DNA of 64,000 bases from a virus. The stretch lies in IMG/VR virus record IMGVR_UViG_3300044910_000908, positions 1 to 64,000 of that record; one strand, written 5' to 3'. A program made the position numbers and the translations under genes. The notes under the pieces were generated by a model. That model searched no databases. It saw only the letters and a list, made by a program, of their open reading frames with translations, and had not been told where the DNA came from. Positions within the stretch are counted from its first letter, which is position 1, and every line of letters begins with the position of its first letter. This document shows, piece by piece, positions 1 to 10,188 of the stretch.

Positions 1-163
1 AAAAATCATTCATCCCTACTATATTAACAATCCATCTATCATGTTGTTTATCATAAATTGGATGACTAACAATTATATATTTTTTTCTATGATTTCTTTC
101 AAACTGTTGTAATTTATATTCGCAATCTGGTTCTGTTAACCCAACAATACTCTGAAAGTTCAT
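1..163 (-). CDS. Hypothetical protein, 5' part (runs off window edge)
   Basis: ATG at 163 preceded by AGGAG Shine-Dalgarno; frame MNFQSIVGLTEPDCEY... stays open to the edge; not in ORF track. Confidence 0.55.
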   Translation of the reverse strand, partial: MNFQSIVGLTEPDCEYKLQQFERNHRKKYIIVSHPIYDKQHDRWIVNIVGMNDF

Positions 164-185
164 AAAATCTCCTTATGAAAATTGT

Positions 186-209
186 AAAGGGAGATATTAC
201 TCTCCCTTT
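186..209. terminator. Intrinsic terminator-like hairpin
   Basis: aaagggaga-N6-tctcccttt inverted repeat just downstream of 225..488. Confidence 0.6.
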
Positions 210-224
210 ATATTCAAACTTAAA

Positions 225-488
225 TTATTTTTTAATTGGACGGCGTCTTGGTCTAAATGGTTCTGATAGTGTTGCATTATCAGAAGATATACTAACAAAT
301 ACCTCAACAATTTGTTCATTAGGTCTTAATTTAATTTCAGGTTTACCCATAAACATTTTTGCAGCAAATGGATTTACAACAAAATCTGCTTTATTTTGTT
401 CAACATTGAATCCAGCAAAATATAAACCTTCATCATTTACTACAATATAAAATGAATGTTCAACAGCATCTTTATTTTCTTGTGTCAT
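225..488 (-). CDS. Hypothetical protein
   Basis: ORF with AGGAG SD, followed by a hairpin. Confidence 0.6.
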   Translation of the reverse strand: MTQENKDAVEHSFYIVVNDEGLYFAGFNVEQNKADFVVNPFAAKMFMGKPEIKLRPNEQIVEVFVSISSDNATLSEPFRPRRRPIKK

Positions 489-722
489 TTTTTTCTCCTT
501 CGTGGTTATATAATAATCAGCTTCTTATCATCATCTTATTTTTAGACAGACAATCAACTGGTTTCTTGTTCTGACGAATAATATAATTCATCATATGTTT
601 TATTTATTCCATATTTTTTGTAATTTCTTCAAAAACTCTAACTTCCCCTCCTTCATAAGAACCATCGGTTGATAACATTTTTAGAATATCTAAAAGTATA
701 GTTTGTTCATTTTCTGTTAAAT

Positions 723-1487
723 TCATAATTCTATTACTAATTCTTCATCAAACATATTATTTTCCATTTCTCCAAAATGCAATGGATATCCTCTAGGATT
801 TGCAATAATCTTTGTTTCACCTAATTTAAAATTAACTGAATTGTGTCCATGACCATGAATCCAATATTTTGGGTTTTTTCGAACAATTAAATAATCTAAA
901 TTAGACCTAAATCCACCATTATCATGAAATCTATGTTTATACGCAGGAGCAACACACCATTCAGATGGCATATGATGAGTTACAACAATTGTATTTTCAT
1001 CAATTTCTTTTTCAAAATATTCTAGTGTTTTAACAAATATATCATATGCATTATAAGTTGTAAATCTAAAATCACCATTTTGAATATATCTAAAATCATT
1101 TAAAAATGTTCCAACATTATCATGAGTTTGTTTATCGTTCTTATTAAAATCTGTCCATAATGTTCCAGCAACAATTTTTAAATTCTCACTAAATACAATT
1201 GTTTCAGGTTCATCAATAACAAATACATTATCTCCAATAATATTAGATTTAATATTATTTTTTACGTATTTTAAATTTTTACCATAGTATTCATGATTAC
1301 CTAATACATATACAACATAAGGAAATCTTTTAGAAACACTATTAATAAATTCAACTGCAGTTGTTTCACTTCCAATATCACCTGCTAGAATTAAAATGCT
1401 TTCAACATCAGTTTCTAATTCTGGTAATTTAAATGGTTTAAACTCTGTATGTAAATCTGAACAAGGTCTAATATATTTTATACTCAT
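723..1487 (-). CDS. Calcineurin-like metallophosphoesterase
   Basis: Motifs SDLH, LAGD, LGNHE, THH, HGHGH, NPRGY. Confidence 0.92.
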   Translation of the reverse strand: MSIKYIRPCSDLHTEFKPFKLPELETDVESILILAGDIGSETTAVEFINSVSKRFPYVVYVLGNHEYYGKNLKYVKNNIKSNIIGDNVFVIDEPETIVFSENLKIVAGTLWTDFNKNDKQTHDNVGTFLNDFRYIQNGDFRFTTYNAYDIFVKTLEYFEKEIDENTIVVTHHMPSEWCVAPAYKHRFHDNGGFRSNLDYLIVRKNPKYWIHGHGHNSVNFKLGETKIIANPRGYPLHFGEMENNMFDEELVIEL

Positions 1488-1643
1488 ACTTTCTCCAAAG
1501 TTGGCGCATCATCATGAATTGCTTTTGCTTTACCCATCAACTCATTAATAAAAGGTTCCAAAATTTGCACTTGTTGCTCTTTTGGTAATTTCCAAATAGG
1601 TTTCAATGCAAAAACTAAATCTGCTTTAATTTTTTCAATATCC

Positions 1644-3527
1644 TCAAACATACAATAATTCCTCTAATTGTTGAATAGAAATAATTTTAATACCTTGTTC
1701 TAAAGCTGCTTTTGTTTTGTTAGATGATTTACTAGGGTCTTTCATTACTAAAACTGTAGTATCTTTCTTAATACCAGATTGAACTTCACCACCTAATTCA
1801 ATAATTCTAGTTTCAAATTCAGCATTTCTAAAACCAGTAAAAACAAACTTATCTGCTGATAAAATCCCATCAACAATTTTCATTTGTTTTTCTTGTTTCA
1901 ATTGTATCATACTTTCATCTTTTAGTATATTAAAAAAAGATAAGAAATTAGATAATCCATTAATATAAACATTAGCTGTTTTTTCTTGAAAACCTTCAAT
2001 TTTAATAATATCTTGTAAAGTTGCAGATAAACAATCTTCACCCAATGCATCTACAATAGCTTTAGCTCTTCGTTTTCCAAATCCTCTACCAAAATAAGGC
2101 CATGCTCCCAATAGTTCCCATAAATAAATATCATTTAATTTATTATGCAAGCTATTAAAAGCTTTAATACCATTTTTGCCAATTAAAAATTCCCACTCTT
2201 CTTCAGACATTGAAATAATATGAATAATCTCTGAAAATCCATTAGACATTAAAGTTGTTAAAGTTGCTTCCTGAACATTGTCAATATCTAACTGGTTGAA
2301 AAAATGTTTTAATTGTAATAATTTGACATCATCATTATCAAATTTAGATACAGCATCAACTCCAGTTTCGTTCCATTCCCATTCGAAATCATCAGGAGCA
2401 TCCCAAGTATCAGCAGGTTGGATAACCTCTAATATATCAGGAATAACATCACCAGCACGAGTAATTGAAAGAATTGCTCCAGGACCAATATTATTATCTC
2501 TAATAAATTTAGCATTAAATCCTGAACATCTAGAAATTGTAATACCACATAAATCAACTGGTTCAATAACAACAGTAGGTTTTAAATATTTATGTTTACT
2601 AATATTCCACTCTACATATAATGCTTTAACTTGTGCAATATTATCTTCAGCTCTAGTTTTCCATTTAAATGCATATTTAGGATTACATGATGTTGAATGA
2701 ATTCCTAATTCTTGTCTTTTAATTGTATCAGAATATTCACCAACAATACCATCAATTTCATATTCTGAGTCCATTCTCATCAATTTCAGAATTTCATTTA
2801 ATGCTTGTTCATTACAACTAACGTGAGATAACCAAACATAATGTGGAATTTTGAAATTATTTTCTTTCAAAAAATTAAAATTGTCAACCTGATTATCTGA
2901 AGTATTAACGCCATACGCCACAAAATCTAAATAAGGAAATACTGATAAAGGAATTTCTTTAGAATTTATTAAACCATTTGCTATGCCACGTAAATTTTTG
3001 TATTCTTTACCAGAAGCTTCTTTTAGTTTTTCTTTAACAATTCCAAAATTACTTTTCTTAATAATGAATTCGCCACGAATTTCTAAATTATCTCCTGTAG
3101 TATTTTTTATAACCATAGGAACTGACATTAATCTAACATGTCTTGAAACATCAGCTCCAGAAACACCATCACCTCGAGTATATCCTGAAACAAAAACACC
3201 ATCTGAATTATATTTGATGGTTAATGAAGAACCATCTAATTTTTCAGAAAACAATAACTCTTCTTTATTATAATTAGTACGTGTTTTCCATTTTTCAAAT
3301 TCACCCTCATGAACTTGTTCTAAACCACCAATTTGATTAGTATGTTTAATTTCAGAACCTCTAACAGTTGCTCCTATTTGCTGAAAAAATGGATTATTAG
3401 GCCATGTTAATTGAGCTTCTCTATATAACAAATCATATTCATTATCAGGAATTAAAACATCTCCAGTATTATAATAAACATTCGCACATTCAATTAGGAA
3501 GTCAATTGTTTGTTTTTCAGTTTTCAT
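1644..3527 (-). CDS. ligA: NAD+-dependent DNA ligase
   Basis: N-terminal YY...D.EYD (domain Ia), EKLDG adenylation motif, TRGDG, EIRGE, DGIV, RAGDVIP, C-terminal BRCT (FVFTG...GG). Confidence 0.95.
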   Translation of the reverse strand: MKTEKQTIDFLIECANVYYNTGDVLIPDNEYDLLYREAQLTWPNNPFFQQIGATVRGSEIKHTNQIGGLEQVHEGEFEKWKTRTNYNKEELLFSEKLDGSSLTIKYNSDGVFVSGYTRGDGVSGADVSRHVRLMSVPMVIKNTTGDNLEIRGEFIIKKSNFGIVKEKLKEASGKEYKNLRGIANGLINSKEIPLSVFPYLDFVAYGVNTSDNQVDNFNFLKENNFKIPHYVWLSHVSCNEQALNEILKLMRMDSEYEIDGIVGEYSDTIKRQELGIHSTSCNPKYAFKWKTRAEDNIAQVKALYVEWNISKHKYLKPTVVIEPVDLCGITISRCSGFNAKFIRDNNIGPGAILSITRAGDVIPDILEVIQPADTWDAPDDFEWEWNETGVDAVSKFDNDDVKLLQLKHFFNQLDIDNVQEATLTTLMSNGFSEIIHIISMSEEEWEFLIGKNGIKAFNSLHNKLNDIYLWELLGAWPYFGRGFGKRRAKAIVDALGEDCLSATLQDIIKIEGFQEKTANVYINGLSNFLSFFNILKDESMIQLKQEKQMKIVDGILSADKFVFTGFRNAEFETRIIELGGEVQSGIKKDTTVLVMKDPSKSSNKTKAALEQGIKIISIQQLEELLYV

Positions 3528-3539
3528 CGTAGTAAAATC

Positions 3540-3860
3540 CTATTTTTTATAAATTGTAAATTTTGGAATAAATGTAGAATAATCTATTGAATAATCATCA
3601 GTATATGTTCTACCTCCAAATGTTATTTTATCATAAACAAATGAAAAATTAAACAACAATCTAAAAAATAATTTCAATTTCCATAATTTTTGTCTACGCC
3701 ATCTATCTTTAACTCCTGCTTCTTTTATCACATGAACATAAATTAATGTATATAAAACAACAAAATATTTAATTATTGCATATAATAAAATACAAAATAA
3801 AATATATAATATTGTCCATATTACAATTTTTCCAGTCCATAAATAAATTAAATCTATCAT
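3540..3860 (-). CDS. Membrane protein, hypothetical
   Basis: Hydrophobic N-terminal helix; in operon. Confidence 0.55.
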   Translation of the reverse strand: MIDLIYLWTGKIVIWTILYILFCILLYAIIKYFVVLYTLIYVHVIKEAGVKDRWRRQKLWKLKLFFRLLFNFSFVYDKITFGGRTYTDDYSIDYSTFIPKFTIYKK

Positions 3861-3862
3861 AA

Positions 3863-4639
3863 TTATTTCCTCTTTTTAGTAGGTTCTTTTTTAAAGGCAT
3901 ATTTATGATCAAAGCCATGAGCTGCAATTCTATATTTGTCTTCGATATTAATCATAATATTCCCCGGATATTCTAATTTAGCATCCACAAACATGGCAAG
4001 TTCTTGATAAGCAGTATATGCATCTAAACATTTATAAAATTGAATGTTTTTTAATTCAATATTAATTTCAATTTCATAACTTGATGGAGAATAATATCGG
4101 AAAATTTTAGGTAATCCAATTACAATTTTATATTCAGATAATAATGCAGAATAATCTCTAATATTAGAAAATAATTTTTGTAAATATTCTTTATTCCAAT
4201 ATTGACTATCATCTGAAGAATACCAATAACTTTTTTTCTTATCAGCTTTTTCTGGCATAATTAATTTTAATTCTTTTTCATAGAATTCTAATAAATTTTC
4301 ATATGAATAAAAATAATTATCGAAATTTTTTCCATATGCGCCAGGTTCTGAATAAAGCCTAACAAAGGGATACGTTTTTCCTGCAAAAATTACAAAATTA
4401 ATTACAATATTAATCTTTTCATTATCAATATTTTTTACATAATGATATGTCCTTAAATTATCATTAAATAAACATGTTAATAGATGAACATTTTCAATTT
4501 TTGTTTTATCATATTTAGATTTAAATGGAATTTGTAATGTAGATGGTTCCCTCAAAAAAATATTTCCTGATTTATCTAAACCAAATTGGGAAATACAACA
4601 ATCATAATAATCATTAACTTTTTCGCCAAGAATACGCAT
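3863..4639 (-). CDS. Hypothetical phage protein
   Basis: 258-aa ORF downstream of sigma70-like promoter; DYYD near N-terminus, HGFD near C-terminus. Confidence 0.7.
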   Translation of the reverse strand: MRILGEKVNDYYDCCISQFGLDKSGNIFLREPSTLQIPFKSKYDKTKIENVHLLTCLFNDNLRTYHYVKNIDNEKINIVINFVIFAGKTYPFVRLYSEPGAYGKNFDNYFYSYENLLEFYEKELKLIMPEKADKKKSYWYSSDDSQYWNKEYLQKLFSNIRDYSALLSEYKIVIGLPKIFRYYSPSSYEIEINIELKNIQFYKCLDAYTAYQELAMFVDAKLEYPGNIMINIEDKYRIAAHGFDHKYAFKKEPTKKRK

Positions 4640-4679
4640 ATTTTAAATCCTAATATCTTTTATTATTATTAATAATTAT

Positions 4680-4708
4680 ATTATAATCCAATTTATAAAA
4701 AAAGTAAA
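4680..4708 (-). promoter_or_regulatory. Sigma70-like (early) promoter TTTACT-N17-TATAAT, representative of about 18 copies
   Basis: TTTAC(T/A/G)-N16/17-TATAAT (or 1 mismatch) also at 7198-7225, 11625-11653, 14170-14197, 19446-19474, 33119-33147, 34371-34398, 35322-35349, 37678-37706, 39693-39721, 42198-42226, 52176-52203, 53045-53073, 53287-53315, 56218-56246, 58205-58232, 59513-59541, 60539-60566, 62196-62224; nearly all intergenic, all oriented with the genes. Confidence 0.8.
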
Positions 4709-4718
4709 TATTTTTTAT

Positions 4719-4726
4719 TATAAATA
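4719..4726 (+). promoter_or_regulatory. T4-like late promoter TATAAATA
   Basis: Exact T4 late -10 consensus 35 bp upstream of plus-strand gene 4761; NATAAATA also precedes 44408(+), 12647, 15069, 17375, 37112, 42043, 48443, 48795, 50162. Confidence 0.55.
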
Positions 4727-4760
4727 TTTAAAATTATAATTACACGGAGTTGTATGCATC

Positions 4761-5192
4761 ATGAAAATAAAAGCACCACCATTAATTTTAGAAAAAATAT
4801 CAGATGAAACAAATTTACATTTTTTATCTTTTATAGAATATAAACGAAGAGAATATGTTGGTATTATAGATAATATAACACAACATCATGTTAAAGCTTA
4901 TATATTTGAAAATATAAGACCTAATTCTATAAAATTAAATGATTTTATGTCAACAGCAATAAAGTGGTATTATAGTGAATCTTATAAAAAACCATTAAGC
5001 ATTTCAATATCACAGCAAGGATTATCGAATTTAACTTCTCCTTTATATAAACAATTTGATATTAATGGTATTTCTAGAATAGTTGGGCAACCATTTATTT
5101 TTGACCATTTTACAACTCAATCTGTTAAAAAGAAAAAGGTATTACAAATTCCTGAAGGTATTGAAATTCGTCTTAAGAAAGTGGCATTTTAA
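4761..5192 (+). CDS. Hypothetical protein (probable late gene)
   Basis: One of only two credible plus-strand genes; GGAG SD and late-promoter motif. Confidence 0.75.
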   Translation: MKIKAPPLILEKISDETNLHFLSFIEYKRREYVGIIDNITQHHVKAYIFENIRPNSIKLNDFMSTAIKWYYSESYKKPLSISISQQGLSNLTSPLYKQFDINGISRIVGQPFIFDHFTTQSVKKKKVLQIPEGIEIRLKKVAF

Positions 5193-5342
5193 TTTCAAAT
5201 TTACCATGATAAAAATTCTGGGGTATAATAATTAAATTTCCAGAATTTTTATCTAGTGTAATTTTATTTACATTACTATTATTGTGTTGTAAATTAGTAT
5301 TAACCAATTTAAGATATTCTATAAATTCTGACAAATCCATTA

Positions 5343-5528
5343 TTATTTCCCTTTATATCCACTTTCTCTAAACCAACCATCCCCTTTTAATTTAAAACCT
5401 GCAGAACCTATTTGTTTATCCATTACTGTTCCACAATTATTACAATTAATTTCAGGTTTTTCGTTCCATTTATGATTAGCTTCTTGAATATTTTGGCAAT
5501 TTGAACATTTATAATCATGCAACATCAT
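5343..5528 (-). CDS. FmdB-family zinc-ribbon protein
   Basis: YKCSNC...CNNCG...GFKLKGDGW. Confidence 0.85.
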   Translation of the reverse strand: MMLHDYKCSNCQNIQEANHKWNEKPEINCNNCGTVMDKQIGSAGFKLKGDGWFRESGYKGK

Positions 5529-6537
5529 AAGTTATATATACTCCTTTCATTTGTAATTTTAACCAATTAAAAAAATATTCTTCTAATTTTGGAGACATTT
5601 CTTGCAAAGAGGTTAGTTGTTGTTGATATTGTAATTGAGAAAATAATTCTCTAATAAACTCAGCAACAAACTCTTCAGATAATTCTCCATTTTTAATTTG
5701 TAGTAAAAACTGAGTATTATTTCTTGGAAAAGTAATTTTCTTTGTCATTAAATATTCAATACCTTGTTGAATAATTCTAACACTATGCATCATTGCTTTC
5801 CAATCAGTTCCAGATAAACTTTGTTCAGTTCTATCTCCATATTTATTTTCAAGAATTTTCAATGATTTCGAGAAATGTTTTAATGTAGTATTAAAAGCAA
5901 ATGTTTTATTTCCAATAGCTAATGCATCTTGTTCATCATTTGCTCGAGTTGCTGGAATAGTTGTAATGAAAATTGGTTCATTATTATTCCTTGAATACTT
6001 GGTGATATTTGCTAATACAAAATCTTGTATAGTTAATTTATTTAAATTCTGAGTTGATGCTAATTCTGAAATGTCATTATACAATTTTCTAATAGCATCA
6101 AGACGTTCTCCTTTCAAAGAATATTTTAATGCTTGAGAATAAGCATAACCAATAATACATTCAATGTTTTTATTAGCAAATTCAGAAACTAAGCCATTAA
6201 AAAAATGTTTCAATTTCATTTCATATTCTTGATTAATATATTCTACATTAGTATTAGATATATAAGCAAATACAACTTCTAATGCATAAGTTTGATTTTG
6301 TAAAAAATGTTTTGCAAATACTTGAATTGGAATAAATTCTTCTTCTATTTCTCCAGCTTTAGTGCTTTCATTTGGTTTTGCATCTCGTTCTTTATAAATT
6401 TCTGCTTTTTTACCAATCAGCATATCACCATAATCTGGCAAATAAATTGTTTTTAAATCAATATCAGAAGTTGGAGTATTGGTTCCGTATAACATAGAAC
6501 CATGTTTAATTGTTAATAATTTAATTGGTTTTTTCAT
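5515..6537 (-). CDS. Pol-beta superfamily nucleotidyltransferase (RlaP/NrdC.11-like)
   Basis: HGSMLYGTNTPTSDIDLK (GS...DxD) and DWKAMMHSVR. Confidence 0.85.
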   Translation of the reverse strand: MKKPIKLLTIKHGSMLYGTNTPTSDIDLKTIYLPDYGDMLIGKKAEIYKERDAKPNESTKAGEIEEEFIPIQVFAKHFLQNQTYALEVVFAYISNTNVEYINQEYEMKLKHFFNGLVSEFANKNIECIIGYAYSQALKYSLKGERLDAIRKLYNDISELASTQNLNKLTIQDFVLANITKYSRNNNEPIFITTIPATRANDEQDALAIGNKTFAFNTTLKHFSKSLKILENKYGDRTEQSLSGTDWKAMMHSVRIIQQGIEYLMTKKITFPRNNTQFLLQIKNGELSEEFVAEFIRELFSQLQYQQQLTSLQEMSPKLEEYFFNWLKLQMKGVYITYDVA

Positions 6538-6889
6538 ATTTTAATTTTCTTATTCCATTCAAAATATTTACAAGATCAGAAATTTTGAGTTTTTTATGTT
6601 TTATAATATTTTTTTCAGGAACATTATATATTTTATCTAAAGTTCCATCTGTAATATATTCATCTTTAGGATACATCATTCTGCATTTAATTAGATTATT
6701 AATATTATGATCATAACAACATTCAGATAACATTAACAATCTATGACCACTAATTGGTTTTTTATCTTCATAATATTGAAATATCATATCAAAAACATCT
6801 TGTATAATAAAATCAGAATAATAATAAGTTAATTCTTCAGTTATTAACTTATAATATTTTGTGGTAGCCGATAAATTCTCACTTATCAT
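6521..6889 (-). CDS. Hypothetical protein
   Basis: Overlaps neighbours in operon. Confidence 0.55.
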   Translation of the reverse strand: MISENLSATTKYYKLITEELTYYYSDFIIQDVFDMIFQYYEDKKPISGHRLLMLSECCYDHNINNLIKCRMMYPKDEYITDGTLDKIYNVPEKNIIKHKKLKISDLVNILNGIRKLKYEKTN

Positions 6890-7158
6890 TGATTAATTAA
6901 TCCATAAAAAACTAAAGAATAGTCATCTTTTTCAGATTGGAAAATTTCATCAAAAACATACAATTTAGCAAATTGGATAATAGCTTCCTGTTCTTCTTCA
7001 GAAAATTTTTCAACATTATATTCAGATTTATCTGCAAATACTGTATATAAAACAATATTTTGATTAACTTGTCCATTTTCTGAATATACATCAAATATAG
7101 CATTTTCAAATTCTGCAGCAAAAACATTTTTAATTTTGTCATCAGTATTAGTCATCAT
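6886..7158 (-). CDS. Hypothetical protein
   Basis: GGAG SD; downstream of promoter 7198-7225. Confidence 0.6.
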   Translation of the reverse strand: MMTNTDDKIKNVFAAEFENAIFDVYSENGQVNQNIVLYTVFADKSEYNVEKFSEEEQEAIIQFAKLYVFDEIFQSEKDDYSLVFYGLINQ

Positions 7159-7226
7159 TGTCTTATCTCCAAAAAATTAAATTTTTAATACAGGATAATT
7201 ATAACATAATTTAACAAAAAGTAAAA

Positions 7227-7607
7227 CTATTTTCCATCAACTATATTTAAAACCTTAGGCAACATAGCTCTAAGGTGACCAGCAAATTTAAATTTTAAAA
7301 TATCACCAGTTTGTTTATCTATTACAATATCACTAAATCTAACAACATTAGAAAAATTTTTCTCTAACTCATTATCTTGCAAAATTCCATATCTTGATTT
7401 TGTAATATAACAATCATAACCATTAATTTCAATGTGCAAATAATCCTTTCCAGAAAATTTTTCAATAATAGGTGCATCAGCTTTAAACGAACCATTTAAA
7501 ATCTCATTTTGATAATCAACAGAAACCCAAGGTTCCATATCATAAAATTCTTGATTCCTCATTCTTTTAATATAACCTGGAAATGTAACTAGTTTATCTG
7601 GTTCCAT
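7227..7607 (-). CDS. Hypothetical protein
   Basis: GAGG SD. Confidence 0.6.
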   Translation of the reverse strand: MEPDKLVTFPGYIKRMRNQEFYDMEPWVSVDYQNEILNGSFKADAPIIEKFSGKDYLHIEINGYDCYITKSRYGILQDNELEKNFSNVVRFSDIVIDKQTGDILKFKFAGHLRAMLPKVLNIVDGK

Positions 7608-7624
7608 AATAATATCCTCTCTCT

Positions 7625-8197
7625 TTATAATATACCTAATTCTATTAAATGCAATTGCAATACTATAACATGCGCATAAGCAATAGCATGACTTCTTTTA
7701 AAACTAAATTCATCTGTTTGTTGATAAAGTATTGATTTTATTACTTCTTTTTGCTTTAAATATAATGGAACTAAATTATATTTTCCAGGTCTGATTAATG
7801 CAATAGCATCTGCGATATCTTCAATGGAATTAGGTTTAATTTTTAATAATAAATCATAATGTTTAGATAATTGAAATAATTTTGAAACATGATTTTTATC
7901 AAGTAATAAATTCCAATTAGGTTCTAATTTCAAAAGTTCAGTTATTTCTTCACGAGATTGGAAGTAATCATAAATTGAAAGATGTAAAAAATCTACTTTA
8001 AAATAACCTAATTCTTCAGCTTGTTCATAAGGAATTGCTGATAATTTTGTTAAGGGGTCTATAGGTATATTTTGAGGATAATGCCCACATGGGTGAGGAG
8101 ATAACTTTTCATCTTTTAAAAGACATGCTCGCGTCCAAGGAAATATATCTTGAGGATTAAATTTAGTTGGAGTATCGATATCAACATCAAAATTCAT
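7625..8197 (-). CDS. Miniature DNA polymerase III alpha (DnaE)-like protein, catalytic part
   Basis: FDVDID (catalytic DxD), PHPCG (cf. HAAG), GYFKVDFL (third Asp), ALIRPG, FKRSHAIAYA (cf. FNKSHSAAY). Confidence 0.88.
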   Translation of the reverse strand: MNFDVDIDTPTKFNPQDIFPWTRACLLKDEKLSPHPCGHYPQNIPIDPLTKLSAIPYEQAEELGYFKVDFLHLSIYDYFQSREEITELLKLEPNWNLLLDKNHVSKLFQLSKHYDLLLKIKPNSIEDIADAIALIRPGKYNLVPLYLKQKEVIKSILYQQTDEFSFKRSHAIAYAHVIVLQLHLIELGIL

Positions 8198-8772
8198 AAT
8201 TTAGCAAAGTGTCTATAACCATTAGTAATTAATTCTTCTTGAAATTCTAACACATCTTTTTCACCTTGTAAATGTTTATTTACTAAACTATGTAATGTAA
8301 AATCTTTATTAGAGGCATAAGTTAAAACATCTTTTAATTTTGGTAATAATACTAATCCTAATATATTAGATACGAATTCATCAACATATATCTTTTCAAG
8401 ATTATTTAATGAACAATTATGAATATTAGTAAAACATAATTTATCGCATCTTACAATATACATAGTCTTTAATACATTATTAGAATAACCGTAAAAACTT
8501 TCTAAAAAATAATTATTAGTTAATCGTAATTCTAAACTATTATAAACTATTCCATTAAAATTTAAAAATTCAGTATCAAAAATATCCAATTCATACAATT
8601 TATTTTCACAGTAAAGAACTTCAATATTAGATAATAAACCTGTGAATTTTTGTTCTTCAACTTGTTCTCTAATTGGCAAATAATCAAGTGAATGTCCACC
8701 TGATAATTCAGCAATAAATTTACCATTAATTCTTCTTAAATTGAGTCTAGGTAAAATATCTTTCTTAGTCAT
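8194..8772 (-). CDS. Paralog-family protein (LRR-like, C-terminal DVLEFQEELI motif)
   Basis: Shares SNILGL..L..KL and D[VI]LE[FC]QEELI..[GK]Y[RK]H with 42227 and 42667. Confidence 0.7.
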   Translation of the reverse strand: MTKKDILPRLNLRRINGKFIAELSGGHSLDYLPIREQVEEQKFTGLLSNIEVLYCENKLYELDIFDTEFLNFNGIVYNSLELRLTNNYFLESFYGYSNNVLKTMYIVRCDKLCFTNIHNCSLNNLEKIYVDEFVSNILGLVLLPKLKDVLTYASNKDFTLHSLVNKHLQGEKDVLEFQEELITNGYRHFAKL

Positions 8773-9014
8773 GTTGATAATTTTTCTAATATTTTATTTG
8801 CAATTAATTCTGCTAATTTTTCTAAATCTTTTTCTCGTTGTTCAGCATTTAATTGATTACGTTTAATAGCTACACAAATTGGACAACTTGTATTTTGAGA
8901 TGCCCAATATTCATGTTCTTCATTATCGTTACATAATTGTTTTTTCATAATATTAATGGAAAAATTCTGTATAAGGAATATTAAATTTAATACAATCAAT
9001 ATTATGAATACCAA
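8769..9014 (-). CDS. Hypothetical protein (true start probably MKKQLC)
   Basis: CPIC motif; overlaps neighbours. Confidence 0.5.
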   Translation of the reverse strand: MVFIILIVLNLIFLIQNFSINIMKKQLCNDNEEHEYWASQNTSCPICVAIKRNQLNAEQREKDLEKLAELIANKILEKLST

Positions 9015-9453
9015 TCAAATATAACAAATAACAAGCAACAGAAGAACCTCTTCCAATTCCCCATATTTGTTTTTTTGATTTAAACATATCAACAATATAA
9101 ATCATACATTTAAAATGATTTTGTAAATTATTATCTATGACTATTTGTAATTCTTCTGATATTCTATTACTATTATCTTTAGTAATATATTCACTAAAAT
9201 AATCAATTAAATCAATATCTAAATATTTCTTTGGTATATTCCAATTAAAATCAAAATGAATATCTTCTTCTTTATATTGTTTTATTATATCATCAGATAA
9301 CATATTAAATAATTCAATATCTTCAGTTAATTCTGAAGTTAAAATATTATTAGGATGAATACCAGATAATAATAAAGAATTAATTATTTCAGGTTCTACT
9401 AATGATTGACCATTATAAAGTAATATTCTATCTTCTAATACTGAATACTTCAT
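8953..9453 (-). CDS. Miniature DnaE-like protein, N-terminal part
   Basis: RISEEL...GIGRGSSVACYLLYLIGIHNIDCIKFNIPYTEFF matches DnaE R..E...GPGRGS.AGSLVAY.L.IT..DP....L.FERFL. Confidence 0.88.
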   Translation of the reverse strand: MKYSVLEDRILLYNGQSLVEPEIINSLLLSGIHPNNILTSELTEDIELFNMLSDDIIKQYKEEDIHFDFNWNIPKKYLDIDLIDYFSEYITKDNSNRISEELQIVIDNNLQNHFKCMIYIVDMFKSKKQIWGIGRGSSVACYLLYLIGIHNIDCIKFNIPYTEFFH

Positions 9454-10187
9454 AAACCTAATTCTTTTATAATTGGAATTAATTCATGACGTATCTTATT
9501 ATGTTTTTCTAAATGTCCGACCCAAAAATTAATATTGATAACTCCCATTAATAAACTCATATCATTGTTATCAACAGTTGTTAGAAAAGATTTAAATTTA
9601 TCTGAATGTAATAATAACCACGGTGATAAAATACGTAATCTAATTAATTCAAATACTCGTTTAAATCCTAAATGAATGAAAATATCATTAAACGCAATAT
9701 TTTCATCTTCACAAATTTTTTCTAATTTATCAATACTTTTCATTACAAGTTCATATGGGTCAGCATCTTTATCACAAAATTCTAAATAGATACTATAACA
9801 CTGATCTCTATGCCACATTGTTGGAGAAATATCTCTTAATGTCATTAAATCAATAAACAATTTGGGTTTATCTATATTCAATCTTACTAAATTATTTGCC
9901 AATTTAATAAATGAAAGATAAAATTTAGAGCCAGTAAATGTATCAATTGTTGGTGCTTTTAATTTCTTGCTTTTCATCCATAAACAATATAATGAATAAG
10001 CAGATTGACCAATAGGAGTTTTGATTTCTTCAAATCTAAGCTTTTCTCTACAAGTATGTTTAAGAAAAGCTTTTTCAAGAACAAATTGTTTTTTACAATA
10101 ATTACAATGCCAACCATGTTTTTGAACAGAAGACGTTTTTCTTCGGTGTTGGGCATTTTGTTTCATTGCATTTGCATCAATTACCAT
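9450..10187 (-). CDS. Zinc-finger protein in replication operon
   Basis: CNYCKKQF...FLKHTC C2HC finger; between clamp loader and DnaE fragment. Confidence 0.65.
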   Translation of the reverse strand: MVIDANAMKQNAQHRRKTSSVQKHGWHCNYCKKQFVLEKAFLKHTCREKLRFEEIKTPIGQSAYSLYCLWMKSKKLKAPTIDTFTGSKFYLSFIKLANNLVRLNIDKPKLFIDLMTLRDISPTMWHRDQCYSIYLEFCDKDADPYELVMKSIDKLEKICEDENIAFNDIFIHLGFKRVFELIRLRILSPWLLLHSDKFKSFLTTVDNNDMSLLMGVININFWVGHLEKHNKIRHELIPIIKELGL

Positions 10188-10188
10188 A

